From Rhynchobatus australiae (Eukaryota), in contig JAUZTB010000001.1 in the NCBI GenBank assembly GCA_034780895.1, positions 94,487,643 through 94,551,642 of the forward strand: DNA of 64,000 nt. The letters run 5' to 3'. Shown piece by piece: positions 26,101 through 38,260 of this stretch; positions within the stretch are counted from its first letter, which is position 1, and the number at the start of each line of letters is the position of its first letter. The notes beneath the pieces are model-generated. The model was given only the letters and a program-made list of their open reading frames with translations, was not told the DNA's origin and ran no database searches. Position numbers and translations under genes: made by a program.

Positions 26101-28029
26101 TGATCTCTTTGGTAAATTCTACAAACACTTTTTGTTTGGCTCCTCATATTCATGTAGTTTTCCAAGTAGTGAAAGGGGCTTCCTGTCCAAGTTGAAATAA
26201 CTCATCTTCCTGAACCAAGAAGAGGTCTTCATCAGTTTGAGAAGTCCAGTGAAGTTTATTCCAGTATCCCTTTGAATAGGATTCACTCTCAGCTACTGTA
26301 AGTTACAAGGTGCAAAATTATTGCTTGAAAACAACAATCTATAAATAGAATAAACTGCAGGGAAGGTTGTCCATGAGACCCAGTTGTCACTTTAGGCAAA
26401 GGTACATTTAACTGTGAAGACAGTCTATGGAATCTACTTGGAACAGAGTATGGAATTTGACACATGATTAAATATGAAGTGAAAATAGGAATACAATTGT
26501 TCCTGTAAATTTCAGATCTACCAAAGTTTATTTAAATACTTGAGCTTGGCTGCACATCAAAAATGACATAATTATTATTATTAGAACATTTCTGTGTTGC
26601 CAATGATTTCCAAATGAATAATTTCAAAGATTCGAAACTAATAAATATGCATTGCCAGGAATCTCCCCCCTCCCCCTGAAGTGAAGAGGCTTTTACTCTC
26701 AGTGTCTTGAGTCATTTTTACCTTTTTGGTGGTACCTCCAAACTCCATAAGGGCTCCTTTGCTGGGCTGCATTCAAGTCACTTCATCTTGAACACCAGCG
26801 ACCTTGCAGTGGTGGTCCTAAACAGGAGCTGGGTAATGTGGAGAAGATAAAACCAGTGCCCAGTGGACGCTTCCGGGGCATAATGAATCCTTCTCGTCAT
26901 GTTGTCTGATTGACACCTGAGAAGCTGGCATCATGCCATCAAACATCCAATTCTGTTTCTCCAGTCTCCATAAACAGGCTCAAGAACTGCAGCAATGCCT
27001 CATCCACCTTTCTGTTTCTAACAACACTGATTAAGCCTGTTGGTCAGAATGAAATGCTCATCCAGTTGTAAAATTTCTGCCTACACAGGTGGCCAAACCG
27101 CATGTTGTTCTTTCATGGTTAAAGCACCAAAGCATTTGTTTGGCATGAATCTCATGAAGCTCTCAGAGATCCATGGCAAACCAACTCTTTGGTACGTTAA
27201 CATCCTAACTTTGTCATGTGTGTACCAAAAGGGCTATGACACTCAGAGCATGGTGCCCTCTAATCTCAGCAGACTAAGTGTGAAACATTCACTTCACATC
27301 GGACCATGGGACTCTATTGTCAGATGGGCACAATCAGCCATGGTGATGAATACTCCTGGTGTGCTTGCAATCTCCTTGCCAAAGATCTCTGGTAAAGGGC
27401 CTCTGTATTACATGGCATGTTCACTACTTACAAGACTTAAATATTAATAGATGGCAGTTACATCATTTAATCATAAGATACTTATCTAAACCACTTTAAC
27501 AAAATGTAAAGGAAATTTTGCATCCACTGCTGAAGCTGGCAATCTGTTCCGCCTCATTTCTAAAGTACGGCTCACACAATGCAAAGTGAGTGACTTGAAA
27601 TTTTATCGTGAAACGAATCACAAGTTTTCGCCTGAATATCTTCTTGGATCATAATTACAGAAAAACAAGGCATTTCCTTTATGAAGTGGAATGTTAGCAA
27701 TAGAAGTGTACGTTGGACAACTGTACAAATGTTACCACACGCAGTTTGAATGGCCGCTAGGTTTAGCCACTCTGACATCTGTAAACACAGGTGCACTTTT
27801 AACCCTTCCTTTTCTACATGCATGTCTTTATTTCCATGACTAAAAGCCATTTGCCANNNNNNNNNNNNNNNNNNNNNNNNNNNNNNNNNNNNNNNNNNNN
27901 NNNNNNNNNNNNNNNNNNNNNNNNNNNNNNNNNNNNNNNNNNNNNNNNNNNNNNNNTCCATGACTAAAAGCCATTTGCCATCCATTTTAAAAACCACAAC
28001 GAATAATTTTCCTGTGGGGTCTGATGAAT

Positions 28030-28245
28030 CATAAAATAAAAACAGAGAACAGTGGATATTTTCAGCAGATAAAGCATTTTGTGTGGAAAGAGAAATAGAG
28101 TTAATACTCTGGCTGAAAGGTCATCGAGCTGAAATGTTTACTCTGTTTCTACCTCCACAGATACTGCTTGACCTGCTGATTGTTGGCAATGTTTTCTTTG
28201 GTTTTATTTCAGATTTTCAGCATCTGCAGATTTTATTGCTTTTTT
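28030..28245. mobile_element. Penelope-derived fold-back element
   Basis: Same inverted-arm structure as 8385-8580, with a degenerate central hammerhead-like stretch. Confidence 0.65.
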
Positions 28246-28329
28246 GGCAAATTACAATGTGGAAATTCACTGTGGGGAATAATCAATTTATTTTGATAGG
28301 AGGGATAACCTGAACAACTGCTATAATTA

Positions 28330-28655
28330 TCAAGGAGCACAAGAAGAAAGAGATCCAGGGATATACAAATCTAAATCTGTGACAGTGGGCAGAGCAAGGC
28401 TGGGGGATAGTTGGATAGTTTTACCAAGTGGCTGGTATCAGCATGGTGATGAGAATTGCCTTCTTCTATGATGATGGGCAGAAGATCAAGAACCACAGGA
28501 TACGGAATGAGGGTCATTGGCAAAAGAACCAAAAGTGACATGTGAAAAGAATGTTAGTGTACAGAGTGTGGTTAGGATCTGGAAAGAACCAGCAGGGGCA
28601 GGAGTGGGGGCAGATTCAGTCACTGTGAACAGAACAGAATTGGCTAAGTATCTGA
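28330..28655 (+). mobile_element. Old CR1 3' fragments
   Basis: tcaagaaccacagga..atgagggtcattggcaaaagaaccaaaagtgacatg..agagtgtggttaggatctgg is a decayed CR1 ORF2 end. Confidence 0.55.
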
Positions 28656-31600
28656 CCAGTTCATGTCCCTGACTGTAGTCCCTTTCTCAGTGACCCACCA
28701 ACCAATATCTGCTGGTGAATGACTAGTTCACCCTTCATGACTGTAATAAACCTGTCCTGCCACCAGCCTCTATCCTGCCTACAGAAACTCAGTAGGTAGA
28801 GAGCCCTCTTTTAGGTAAAATCCTACCGCTATAACCAATTGAAACTATGGAATATCCTTTGACCTAACACTGTTTTCACATTCTTCCTTCCCTTCTTGGC
28901 ATGAGCCAAGTGTCAGCTGATCAGTACATTTTTAATCGTTACAGTGGGAGCACATTTTAAGTGAGGAATTAAAACTTTTTAACTCCCCAGCATCTCCCTT
29001 CTTGCATTGAACCAAACCAAAGCCGTGCCACGTGTAAACAATCAACACCTGCACAGCAGTATTTCTGCAAGATTTTGGGGACAAAATTCAAATACAAAGA
29101 GTCACTGTTTTACAATAGCGAATGCGAGCTCTTTAGAGAAACAAACAGCCCAGGAGGCCAGACCTGTTGTAACGTTGCTGTCACACAACTGTTGGCTCCC
29201 ACAGCCCAGCTTACTACCTTCAGAGTCTTCTAAAAGTTTTGTTATCTCAACGTATGATGGGAAGGCAATTTCTAGATAGTCCACACAGACATCTTTTACA
29301 GTACAGTGCCTGCACAACTATCCAGCCCTGTTAATGTACATTCAGTCAGCCACTGCAGTTACTGCTACGTATTTCTTCATTTACCGTTTCAAATAATGAA
29401 TCGGAAAGCAGTCTTATAAGCCTTTCTCTTGTTTCTCTTTTGCTATTTAATAGAATGGGAACAGGAGATGGCTAGCAGAGCTATCCAACCTCTCGAGTTT
29501 ATCCTACCATGAGATGCAACAGATTGTACTGGACCCAGCCCACTGCCTGAACTGGCTACCCAGAGACCCCACCTATTGGGACTTGCTTTGTCCAGATGCA
29601 GGGATTTGAATGACCTGACCCTCACTACATGAGAGACATCCCGTAAAGCAGGACAAGCTTTGAGTAGGTCTCAGGTGACGTAACACTAAGATTCCACTCC
29701 CAGAATACCCTGATGAACTCACCACAATCAAAGGCTTTTGCNNNNNNNNNNNNNNNNNNNNNNNNNNNNNNNNNNNNNNNNNNNNNNNNNNNNNNNNNNN
29801 NNNNNNNNNNNNNNNNNNNNNNNNNNNNNNNNNNNNNNNNNTTTGCATTATTTTTAAAAGGATCTGATAGAGACATTTTAGAACATTTCAAACTGGAGAT
29901 TACGAAATAAAATTATTTTTGAACTTTTAAAATGAAAAATAACTTAAATCACCTTCCAGCACTAAAATAATTAAAAAAGTAAAATGACTTGAACACTCAC
30001 CTGCACTTAGCTTTATCAACAGGATCAGTGCTCTGACTCAGATGATCATGGTTGTTGTTTGTATGTCAGCCCTCCCTGGTATAGAGTTCAAAAATGAGAG
30101 GTAAGGAACATCCACCTCCTGACTCCAAGATGTCAATGTTCAGTTGCCAGTCTAGCATTGTGATGGGAGGTCACATGCAACAGCATCCAACCTCCAGGTC
30201 ATCTCCGACCTCCACATTTGTTAAGTGAGCCTGAACTGAGCCGAGCCGTGACAACTGAGAACTGCAGACAGAAACATCTGGCACTTAGCTCAATCTGGCC
30301 CGCTCCACTTGATTCTCTATCCCTGAACACCTGAAGTCAGTAGACAGAATCTGACTGGCAGCATCCAATGGTTCTAGTTCCAATGGCTCCAGCAGGTCTT
30401 ACTGAAATCTGCCCACATTTGACTGGGGAATCCCCCTCGGATCCTGCTTCAGGTCAGAGCTGCCAGAGTATCTGAAACCTCACTGATTACAACATGGATT
30501 CTATTCCTGCAGATTAAGCCAAGGGCAAGGCAATTACTTCAATATTATTTTACTTTAGTTAAATGTTTATAATTATGTATATCTTTTAATTAGTCTTGTT
30601 GGAAATTTTAAATTTTTGTAATTCAAATTTAGTAGTCTTTAAAAGTTTCTGGACATTTAATGACTGTTAAAGATCTTTGAGTGAGGTTGAGACTCCAGCC
30701 CCAGTTATACTTTCTATCAGGAGCCATCAAGGGTGTTGTGAGGTGGGGTCTCCTTCACTCCATCTCAGTTTAAAAATTTTCAATTGGTGTAGCCATGAGA
30801 GCTTGTTGGGAGAGAAAATTTGCATTTCCTCTGTGTGAAGAGGTGACCTTTCCATTGAACAGCCCAGCTCTGTGCCTTAAACCCACACCTCTACATCACT
30901 GAATATCATTGGTTTTACCATTTCCAATCCTAAGCAACTTGATTAAATCATCCCTTAACCTTCATGGAAGAGNNNNNNNNNNNNNNNNNNNNNNNNNNNN
31001 NNNNNNNNNNNNNNNNNNNNNNNNNNNNNNNNNNNNNNNNNNNNNNNNNNNNNNNNNNNNNNGATAGAGTCAATTGGCAGACGAAAAGCATTTTAGGCAG
31101 GGAATTGTTATGCACTATAATGTGCTCCCTGAAAGAGTATGGAAGCAGATTCAGTATATAACTTTCAAAGGATAAATACAGAAGGAAGAATCTGGTGATG
31201 GAAGGATCCAGTGGGTCTATTGGATATCTCTTTGAAAGAGCAGATCTCCTTCTGTACTATATAATGATTCCATGAAAACAAGTTTAGTCTTTGCAACCAA
31301 AACTCATAATTTAACCATAATAATCCTCCAGTTGTGTTGCGCTCCTTCAAAGCCAATCTGTGTGGTGCAATTTAAAAATGTACAATGAGACGCAATTGCA
31401 TAAATACATATTTCTGGATGCATCCACAACACCCACACAGCTAATGATAAGTGCGTACTCATGTCCTCAATTATGTCTCTGGGTAGTTCTCGGAATTAGC
31501 ATCAAAATGGGGTGCTCAGTGTAGCATCAAAGGGAAGGTGAAGGAGACTCTTTGGCACATTCACTTCGCCCAGCATTGTCTCCACTTTCAGAAGGCAACT

Positions 31601-31749
31601 AATGAGTTTTCTTAATCATGCTCTTGAGTTAATTTCTATCTGCCCAAGACATGACTGGAACTCCAGTTCATTCTCAGTCCTGCCTGAACTCCTGTGCACA
31701 TTCTTGGACATAACTTGCATTGCAAATACATCATTACTTACCTATTACC

Positions 31750-32030
31750 ATGGGGAGGGAGGCCATACGGCTCAGTGGATCCACGCCAACTCCCAACAGT
31801 GCAAGCCCATCCCCTCTTCTTATTTCTCCATGGCCTTGCAGGAATCCACAGCGGCCGGTTAACCTGCCAGGATATCTTTGGGATGTGGGTGAAAAGCAGA
31901 GAACCGACAGGAAACCACATGGTCACATGGAAAATTTGCAAACTCCACCAGCCAACACCCAAGGTCAGGACTGAACCCTGGATCACAGAGCTATGAGACA
32001 ACAGCACTAACCGCTGCACCATCTTGCCAC
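31750..32030 (-). mobile_element. HE1/V-SINE with CR1-type tail
   Basis: tRNA-like head (reverse of ctgaaccctggatcacagagctatgagacaacagcactaaccgctgcacc), V-domain, and tail ggaggccatacggctc. Confidence 0.8.
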
Positions 32031-33414
32031 CCAGCATAAAGCAGCGAGTCTCTGTTTGATGCAACTAAACAGAAAGTATCTCTGAAACAGGTACTCTTTT
32101 TTATCCTCCAAATCTTGAAATTTACCAAAGGCTTTTTTGGGGCTTGACATCATGAAAGCAATTAATAGGTGCTGTTTGGCCCTGAGTGAGTGAGACTTCT
32201 GTCACTGACAGCTGAAATTCAACAGATGTTGTGGGATGTCACCTGACGTTCCAAAGTACAATATACGGCTTTGATTTCCGCCTGCTGTCATCAACCAGAA
32301 TAATGAATGTCAACTATTTGAAAAATGCATTTGCATTCTCATGCAAATGACGTAAAAATACAGAAAACCAGAGTGTTGAAAAAAATAAGGAGGCCAGATC
32401 AAGAAGCTTCTGAGAGGAAGGATGAACTCAGTTGGATTTACAACATTTACAGCTGCCTTTCCTCTTCATCACTGAATGCTGTGCATCTATATTTCAAATG
32501 GAGGACACAGCATAAAGTCAAGCAGTCAAGTGGGTGATAATGTCACTGCTTTTGTGATGTGTCAAAATCTAGGCAGAGCTGGAAATCCCCTCTCACTCAT
32601 TTACTATTTCAGAACAACAATATCCCATGATCATCTGAGAGAACAGAAATAGTTTTGCCTCGAGGACTATCTCCACTTGGTTAAATTATAGCAACAATGG
32701 AAGCACACAGTACCGCTACAAAATAAGAATAACTGCAGCTGTATTGGAAAGCTTATTTGTTCCCAGTAACAAATAGCTGCATGATTAAAAGGATGCATTG
32801 ATAATACATAAAGTAAACTAATATATTTAAATCCATCTGCAGTGCAGAATGAATACAAACGAAGAGTGGTAAATGCAGATGTAACTCATAATATTGCTCT
32901 GAAGGATGAATCAATTTCCAAAGGGTTAACTTCCAGTGTTAAATATTCCATATAGAATGTTGATACCAAAGAGGCANNNNNNNNNNNNNNNNNNNNNNNN
33001 NNNNNNNNNNNNNNNNNNNNNNNNNNNNNNNNNNNNNNNNNNNNNNNNNNNNNNNNNNNNNNNNNNNNNNNNNNNNATAGAATGTTGATACCAAAGAGGC
33101 ATGTACAGATGTTTGATTATGTGTGTTACATTTGTTTTGAGATTGAGAGCCATTATGGTCCAACTAAGAGTATTTCTAGCCATTATATGAGACAGTTTCT
33201 GTTCTTGTGCCAAATGAATTCATTAAGCCAAAAATGAACTTATTCAGAATTAAAGCCAAAAGTGCTGGAAATACTCAACATGTCACACGGCAACTGTGGA
33301 GTCAAGATTACAGTCAATGGCCTTTCATGGAAACCAACTGTTTTGCTCTTGTAAACTTATGCATAGTTAAAGTGACTATCATTGACATTCTTGGAAGGTT
33401 CATCTAATCCTCCA

Positions 33415-33685
33415 AAGGAGCGGTTAGCATAACACTATTACAGCGCCAGCGACCCGAGTTCAATTCCCGCCGCTGTCTGTAAGGAGTTTGTACCTTCTTC
33501 CTGTGTTTGCATGGGTTTCTTCCCACATTCCAAAGACGTACGGGTTAGGAAGTTATGGGATGCTATTTTGGCGCCAAAAGCGTTGCAACATTTGCGGGCT
33601 ACACCCAGAACACTCTACGCAAAAGCTGCATTTCACTGTGTGTTTGGATGTACATGTGACTAATAAAGATATATTATCTTATCAT
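33415..33685 (+). mobile_element. tRNA-derived V-SINE with Rex-Babar-like tail
   Basis: Head agcggttagc...gagttcaattccc (A/B boxes), V-domain, and tail catttcactgtgtgtttggatgtacatgtgactaataaa. Confidence 0.8.
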
Positions 33686-35064
33686 TGCCTTGCAATTGGT
33701 TGGCCTTGCAAGGGTGGTTTTCTGAGCCCATGCATGGGAAACCAGCGAATGTTCTGATTAAGGATCTGCCATTGGGAAATTCAACAGCACATGAAGCTCA
33801 AGGGTGGCAGTAGGGTTGGAGGTCAGTAGGGCAGGGTTACGTGGCAATCAATAAATGAAAGGGTCAGGAAATATAGGTATAGGAAATCAGTGGATAGATG
33901 GGGATACGATTACTGGTCAGGAGTTGAACACTGAGAAGGGGGTAGATCAGGATTTTGCAGGTGCATTGGTCAGTGGTCAGGAGGGAATTTGGATTGGAAG
34001 ACAGAGGGTGGTTGGACATGATTGGTGAATGGGGTCACTACTTGGGTGATAAAGTTGGAAGGTTCAAAGGACAGCCAGGTTAGTAAATACTGAACAGAGA
34101 ATTACCAGAGTCTGGTTCCCAGCACCAGAATAGATCCTGCTCATCAGGTCCTCTACAAGTTATGCTGAAGCTGCCCTCACAGGGCTATTAAAGACCTGCT
34201 TCTATATAATGGCCTGCAAACAGCACAGGGCAAACATATGTGAATGAAAACATAGGCCTGGTGGGTGCCACTGTGCATGTCTGGATTCCTTGTGCATGAG
34301 GCACACAAGGACCTGAAAGGAATATTATGCACTTTGCAATAATGTGATGTCCCTGATATTCAGATGCTTTTTTGTTCCAATAATGTGTGACCAATATCCA
34401 GTTTCCTGGGTATAATTATTACCAATGGGATATTTTATCCCAGGATTTAGAGGCCCAGCGAGATTCCACCTACAGATCTGTGCCGGGTAAGTACTGGAGT
34501 GGGGAGACCATAGGCCTGGTCCATGAAGATTCCTCTCTCCTCTGATTTAACATTTTTTTCATGTTGTGTAACTTGAAAGAGAACTTGCATGTGATGGTGC
34601 CCCATGACATTTGTTGCTTTCAGTGGTGGAATGCCAAGGTGAGGGAGCTTGGTGAGTCACTATAATGCTTCCTGCACATACTACAATTACACTGATGGAT
34701 ATTGAGTCCAGTGATAGGGCAGCTGACTATGTATGCTCTGTCCTTGATGAAGATATTCTGATAAATCTTCTGCTTTGCAAAAAGCAGTGAAATCTCAGAA
34801 GGTTCGTCACCTTCCTCAGAGTTCCCCGTTTGCTTCTTTGTTCACAGACAGCACATTCATGAGATTTGGCTTTTCAGCTTCTGGTCATTCGGGAGAGGTC
34901 TTCGAATTATGGATGTAAAATAAGAAAGTAGGNNNNNNNNNNNNNNNNNNNNNNNNNNNNNNNNCTGATTGTTTTCCTCAATATGTGTAGAATTACCTTA
35001 TCTATTATGTGAACCAAATGTTGAGTAATCCTTGCTATTGTTGAAATTCTACCTCATTGCAGGA

Positions 35065-35250
35065 GCAGTGAATTCAGCTGCACACTGTGATTGATCAGGT
35101 CAGATGGTATTTGGGGAAAGAGAAACAGACAACATTCAGGTCAGAAGCCCTTGAGCTTCTCTTTCCACAAATGCTGTTTGACATGCTGAATGTTTACAGC
35201 ATTTCCTGTTGTTACTTCAGATTTCCAGCATCTGCAGTTATTTTGACTTT
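35065..35250. mobile_element. Penelope-derived fold-back element
   Basis: Right arm ctttccacaaatgctgtttgacatgctgaatgtttacagcatttcctg..ttcagatttccagcatctgcag plus a degenerate left arm. Confidence 0.6.
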
Positions 35251-35818
35251 CATTGTTAATGAACAGGCCTATTCCCAAACTTTTGGCTGAGGGAAGAGAC
35301 ATTGCGGATCTTTAGGCCAAGGGCACTACCCCATGCCATCCCCTGGTGCCCTGATGAGGGATCTTTGACAACCATGCCCACCTTCCTGTGCCCAGCCACT
35401 GGAGAATTTTACCCTGTGAAATTCAGTTTTATTGTGGCTTCCTGACACTGCATGAATGAATGTGGCTTTGATGTCAAGGAAATTCTTGGAGGATGTGTTA
35501 GCTGAAACCAAAGGCTTGCATCACCTCTGCTTCATTTGGTACCCTTTGTAGTGTTAACAATTTTTGATGTTCATTGCTAACATAAAATAAATCACTTCAA
35601 AGCTTCTTTAGTGATTGGTGTCTGTGAATAATTTTTTGGTTCATAACATTTTTTAGAACATAACCTTGTTTAAATTCTAAACAACAGAAACTCAGTGAGA
35701 GTTTTAGTATTCAAGGAGAGATGTGGTACTTAGGTCAAAAATAGTAAGATAGTACAGTTATTGAGGTGTGCAAAGAGTACAGCATATGATTTACTTTCAA
35801 ATCAGCTTCCATGAAGTT

Positions 35819-36129
35819 CAGGCCATTCCCGGGTTATGAATGCCCGACTTACGGACATCCCTACATTCGAACAAATTCCTGTAACATAATTTTAATTCAA
35901 AAGTCCGACATACATATACACATTCATCCCTACGAATGGCAAAGTTAGTTTCCTCTCTCTCTCCACTTTTAGTAATTGTTCTTTCAAATCATTCTCTTGC
36001 ACTTTTGATGCAATTCATTACAATACTATGGAGGTATGGTTCCAATATCATGATTTTTGTGTGTTTTCCAACTTATGGACAAAATCAACCTATGAATGTC
36101 CATAAAACAGAGCCCAGACATGACCTGTA
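35819..36129. mobile_element. Tigger/pogo-like non-autonomous DNA transposon
   Basis: Starts caggccattcccgggttatgaa..gacttacggaca, has an internal repeat aacttatggaca, and ends acctg followed by TA. Confidence 0.55.
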
Positions 36130-37280
36130 ACTGATCAAAAAAAAGGTATTGCTTAATTAAAACATAAAATGCTGGAAATAATCAGTAGGGCAAGCAGCCA
36201 CTGTAGAGAGGGAAACAGAGTTAATATTTCAATTACTGCTTAAATATGTATGGAAATAGGACACCCTTATTTAGAATGGAGCATTTAAGTGTTGAATATC
36301 AGTGTGCTGCCTTGATTTTTTTATTGTTACGTTGTAAAGTATGTGTGGTCAGTGGATTCTTAACCTCTCATGTAATCCATTGCAGAATATTATGTCATGA
36401 TACATATGCAACAAACTGCTTAAAGTGTATATAGTTTATTCAAGGGCTCTTCATCGACTGCCTCTGGAACTTACTGCAAAATATTGTTGCAATCAAGAGG
36501 GCAGCAAGTCAACCGACACATTCTTAAAGGGGTGATAACCTTAAATTTACAATCAGAATCACACACACAATGCATTTCAATCAAGCTTAATTATAATTTT
36601 AAGTCCATCATGGATGCAAAGTAGATTCCAAAATAAAGCTGAATTTGGGTACAATTCACTGCAGCATGATATTGTGTTGTTTGNNNNNNNNNNNNNNNNN
36701 NNNNNNNNNNNNNNNNNNNNNNNNNNNNNNNNNNNNNNNNNNNNNNNNNNNNNNNNNNNNNNNNNNNNNNNNNNNNNNNNNNNNNNNNNNNNNNNNNNNN
36801 NNNNNNNNNNNNNNNNNNNNNNNNNNNNNNNNNNNNNNNNNNNNGACTCTAAGTTTTAAATATATTTTGTAAAATGGTTGGTTTGATTTGTAAATGAGTT
36901 AGCTTGATTTTCTGCTCCACTACTAAGCCATGCCCTAATATGCGCAAAACTAATTTTTGACTGCAGAGAATTTATATGTAGCATGTATCAGTTTTTTTTT
37001 GCCTCCTTCTTGGCTTCAGTGACATTTATCATATCTTCCAGAGTATTTGACAAACCTCCTTCAGCTTCTAATAGACAGGGAGCAATTCCATGCAATGCAG
37101 TGATAATACACTGAACAGCAATGTAGAGGAACATGGTGTCGGGAAGATGGGAGGTGGGTGTGGTAAGTGAGCCAGTAATTGGATATATATGCTATCCTAT
37201 CAGCATTTTACAGTGTCTGCAGACAGTGAGGAAACAACACTCTTGGTTCAGCACCTCTTTCACTGTGTTCAAAGTCATTT

Positions 37281-38260
37281 TAGAACATAGAACAGTACAG
37301 CACAGTATGGGCCCTTCAGCCCACGATCTTGTGCCGAACTACATGAACACCTACTCCACAATCAATCTAACCCTTCCCTCCTGCACAACCCATAACCCTC
37401 CATTTTGCTTACTTCTGTGTGCCTATCTGAGAGCCTTTTAAATGTCCCGATTGTATCAGCCGCTACAACCACCCCTGGCAGTGCATTCCAGGCACCCACC
37501 ACTTTCTGTGAAAAGAACTTACCTCTGACATCTACCCTGAACATTCCTCCTCTGACCTTACAGATGTCCTCTGGTATTGGCTATTGCCACCCTGGGGAAA
37601 AGGTGGGATAGAGTGCTGGCTGTCCACTCTATTAATGCCCCTCATAATCTTGTACATCTCTATCGTCACCTCTCATCTTACATAACTCCAAAAGAAAACC
37701 CTAGCATGCTGAATCTTTCCTCATTAGATGTTCTCTAATCTAGGCAGCGTACTGATAAATCTCCTCTGCACCCTCTCGAAAGCTTCTACATTCTTCCTAT
37801 AATGAAGTGATCAGAACTGAACACAATTAAATGTGGTCCAACCAGAGTTTTATAGAGCTGTAACATTACCTCATGGGTCTTGAACTCAATCCCCAACTAT
37901 TGAAGGCCAACACACCATACGCCTTCTTAACCACCCTTTTAACTTGCACGGCAACTTTGAGAGATCTATGGATTGGACCCCAAGATTCCTCCGTTCCTGC
38001 ATACTGTTCCTGCCATTAACCTTGTACTCCGCTTTCATGTTTGTTCTTCTAAAGTGCATCACTTCACACTTTTCCAGATAGAACTCCATCTGCCACTTCT
38101 CCGCCCAACTCTGCATCCTTTCTGTATCCTGTTGTAACCTATGACAACCTTCTGCACAATCCACAACACCTCCAACCTTCATGTCATCCACAAACTTACT
38201 AACCCATCACTCCACTTCCTCATTCAAGTCATTTATAAAAATCACAAAGAGCAAGGGTCC
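37281..38260 (-). mobile_element. 5'-truncated CR1 (HER1-like) LINE
   Basis: SKFVDDMKVGGVVD..LQQD..WAEKWQMEF; RGKFFSQKVVGAWNALPGVVV; CR1 tail. Closely similar to 20125-21025. Confidence 0.95.

Noticed and set aside
26147-26295. Minus-strand acceptor plus 48-codon open frame (AESESYSKGYWNK...)
   Set aside because: No homology recognised. A second frame is also open, consistent with chance.
26760-27420. GC-richer block that looked like a decayed TE coding region
   Set aside because: No motif could be assigned with confidence.
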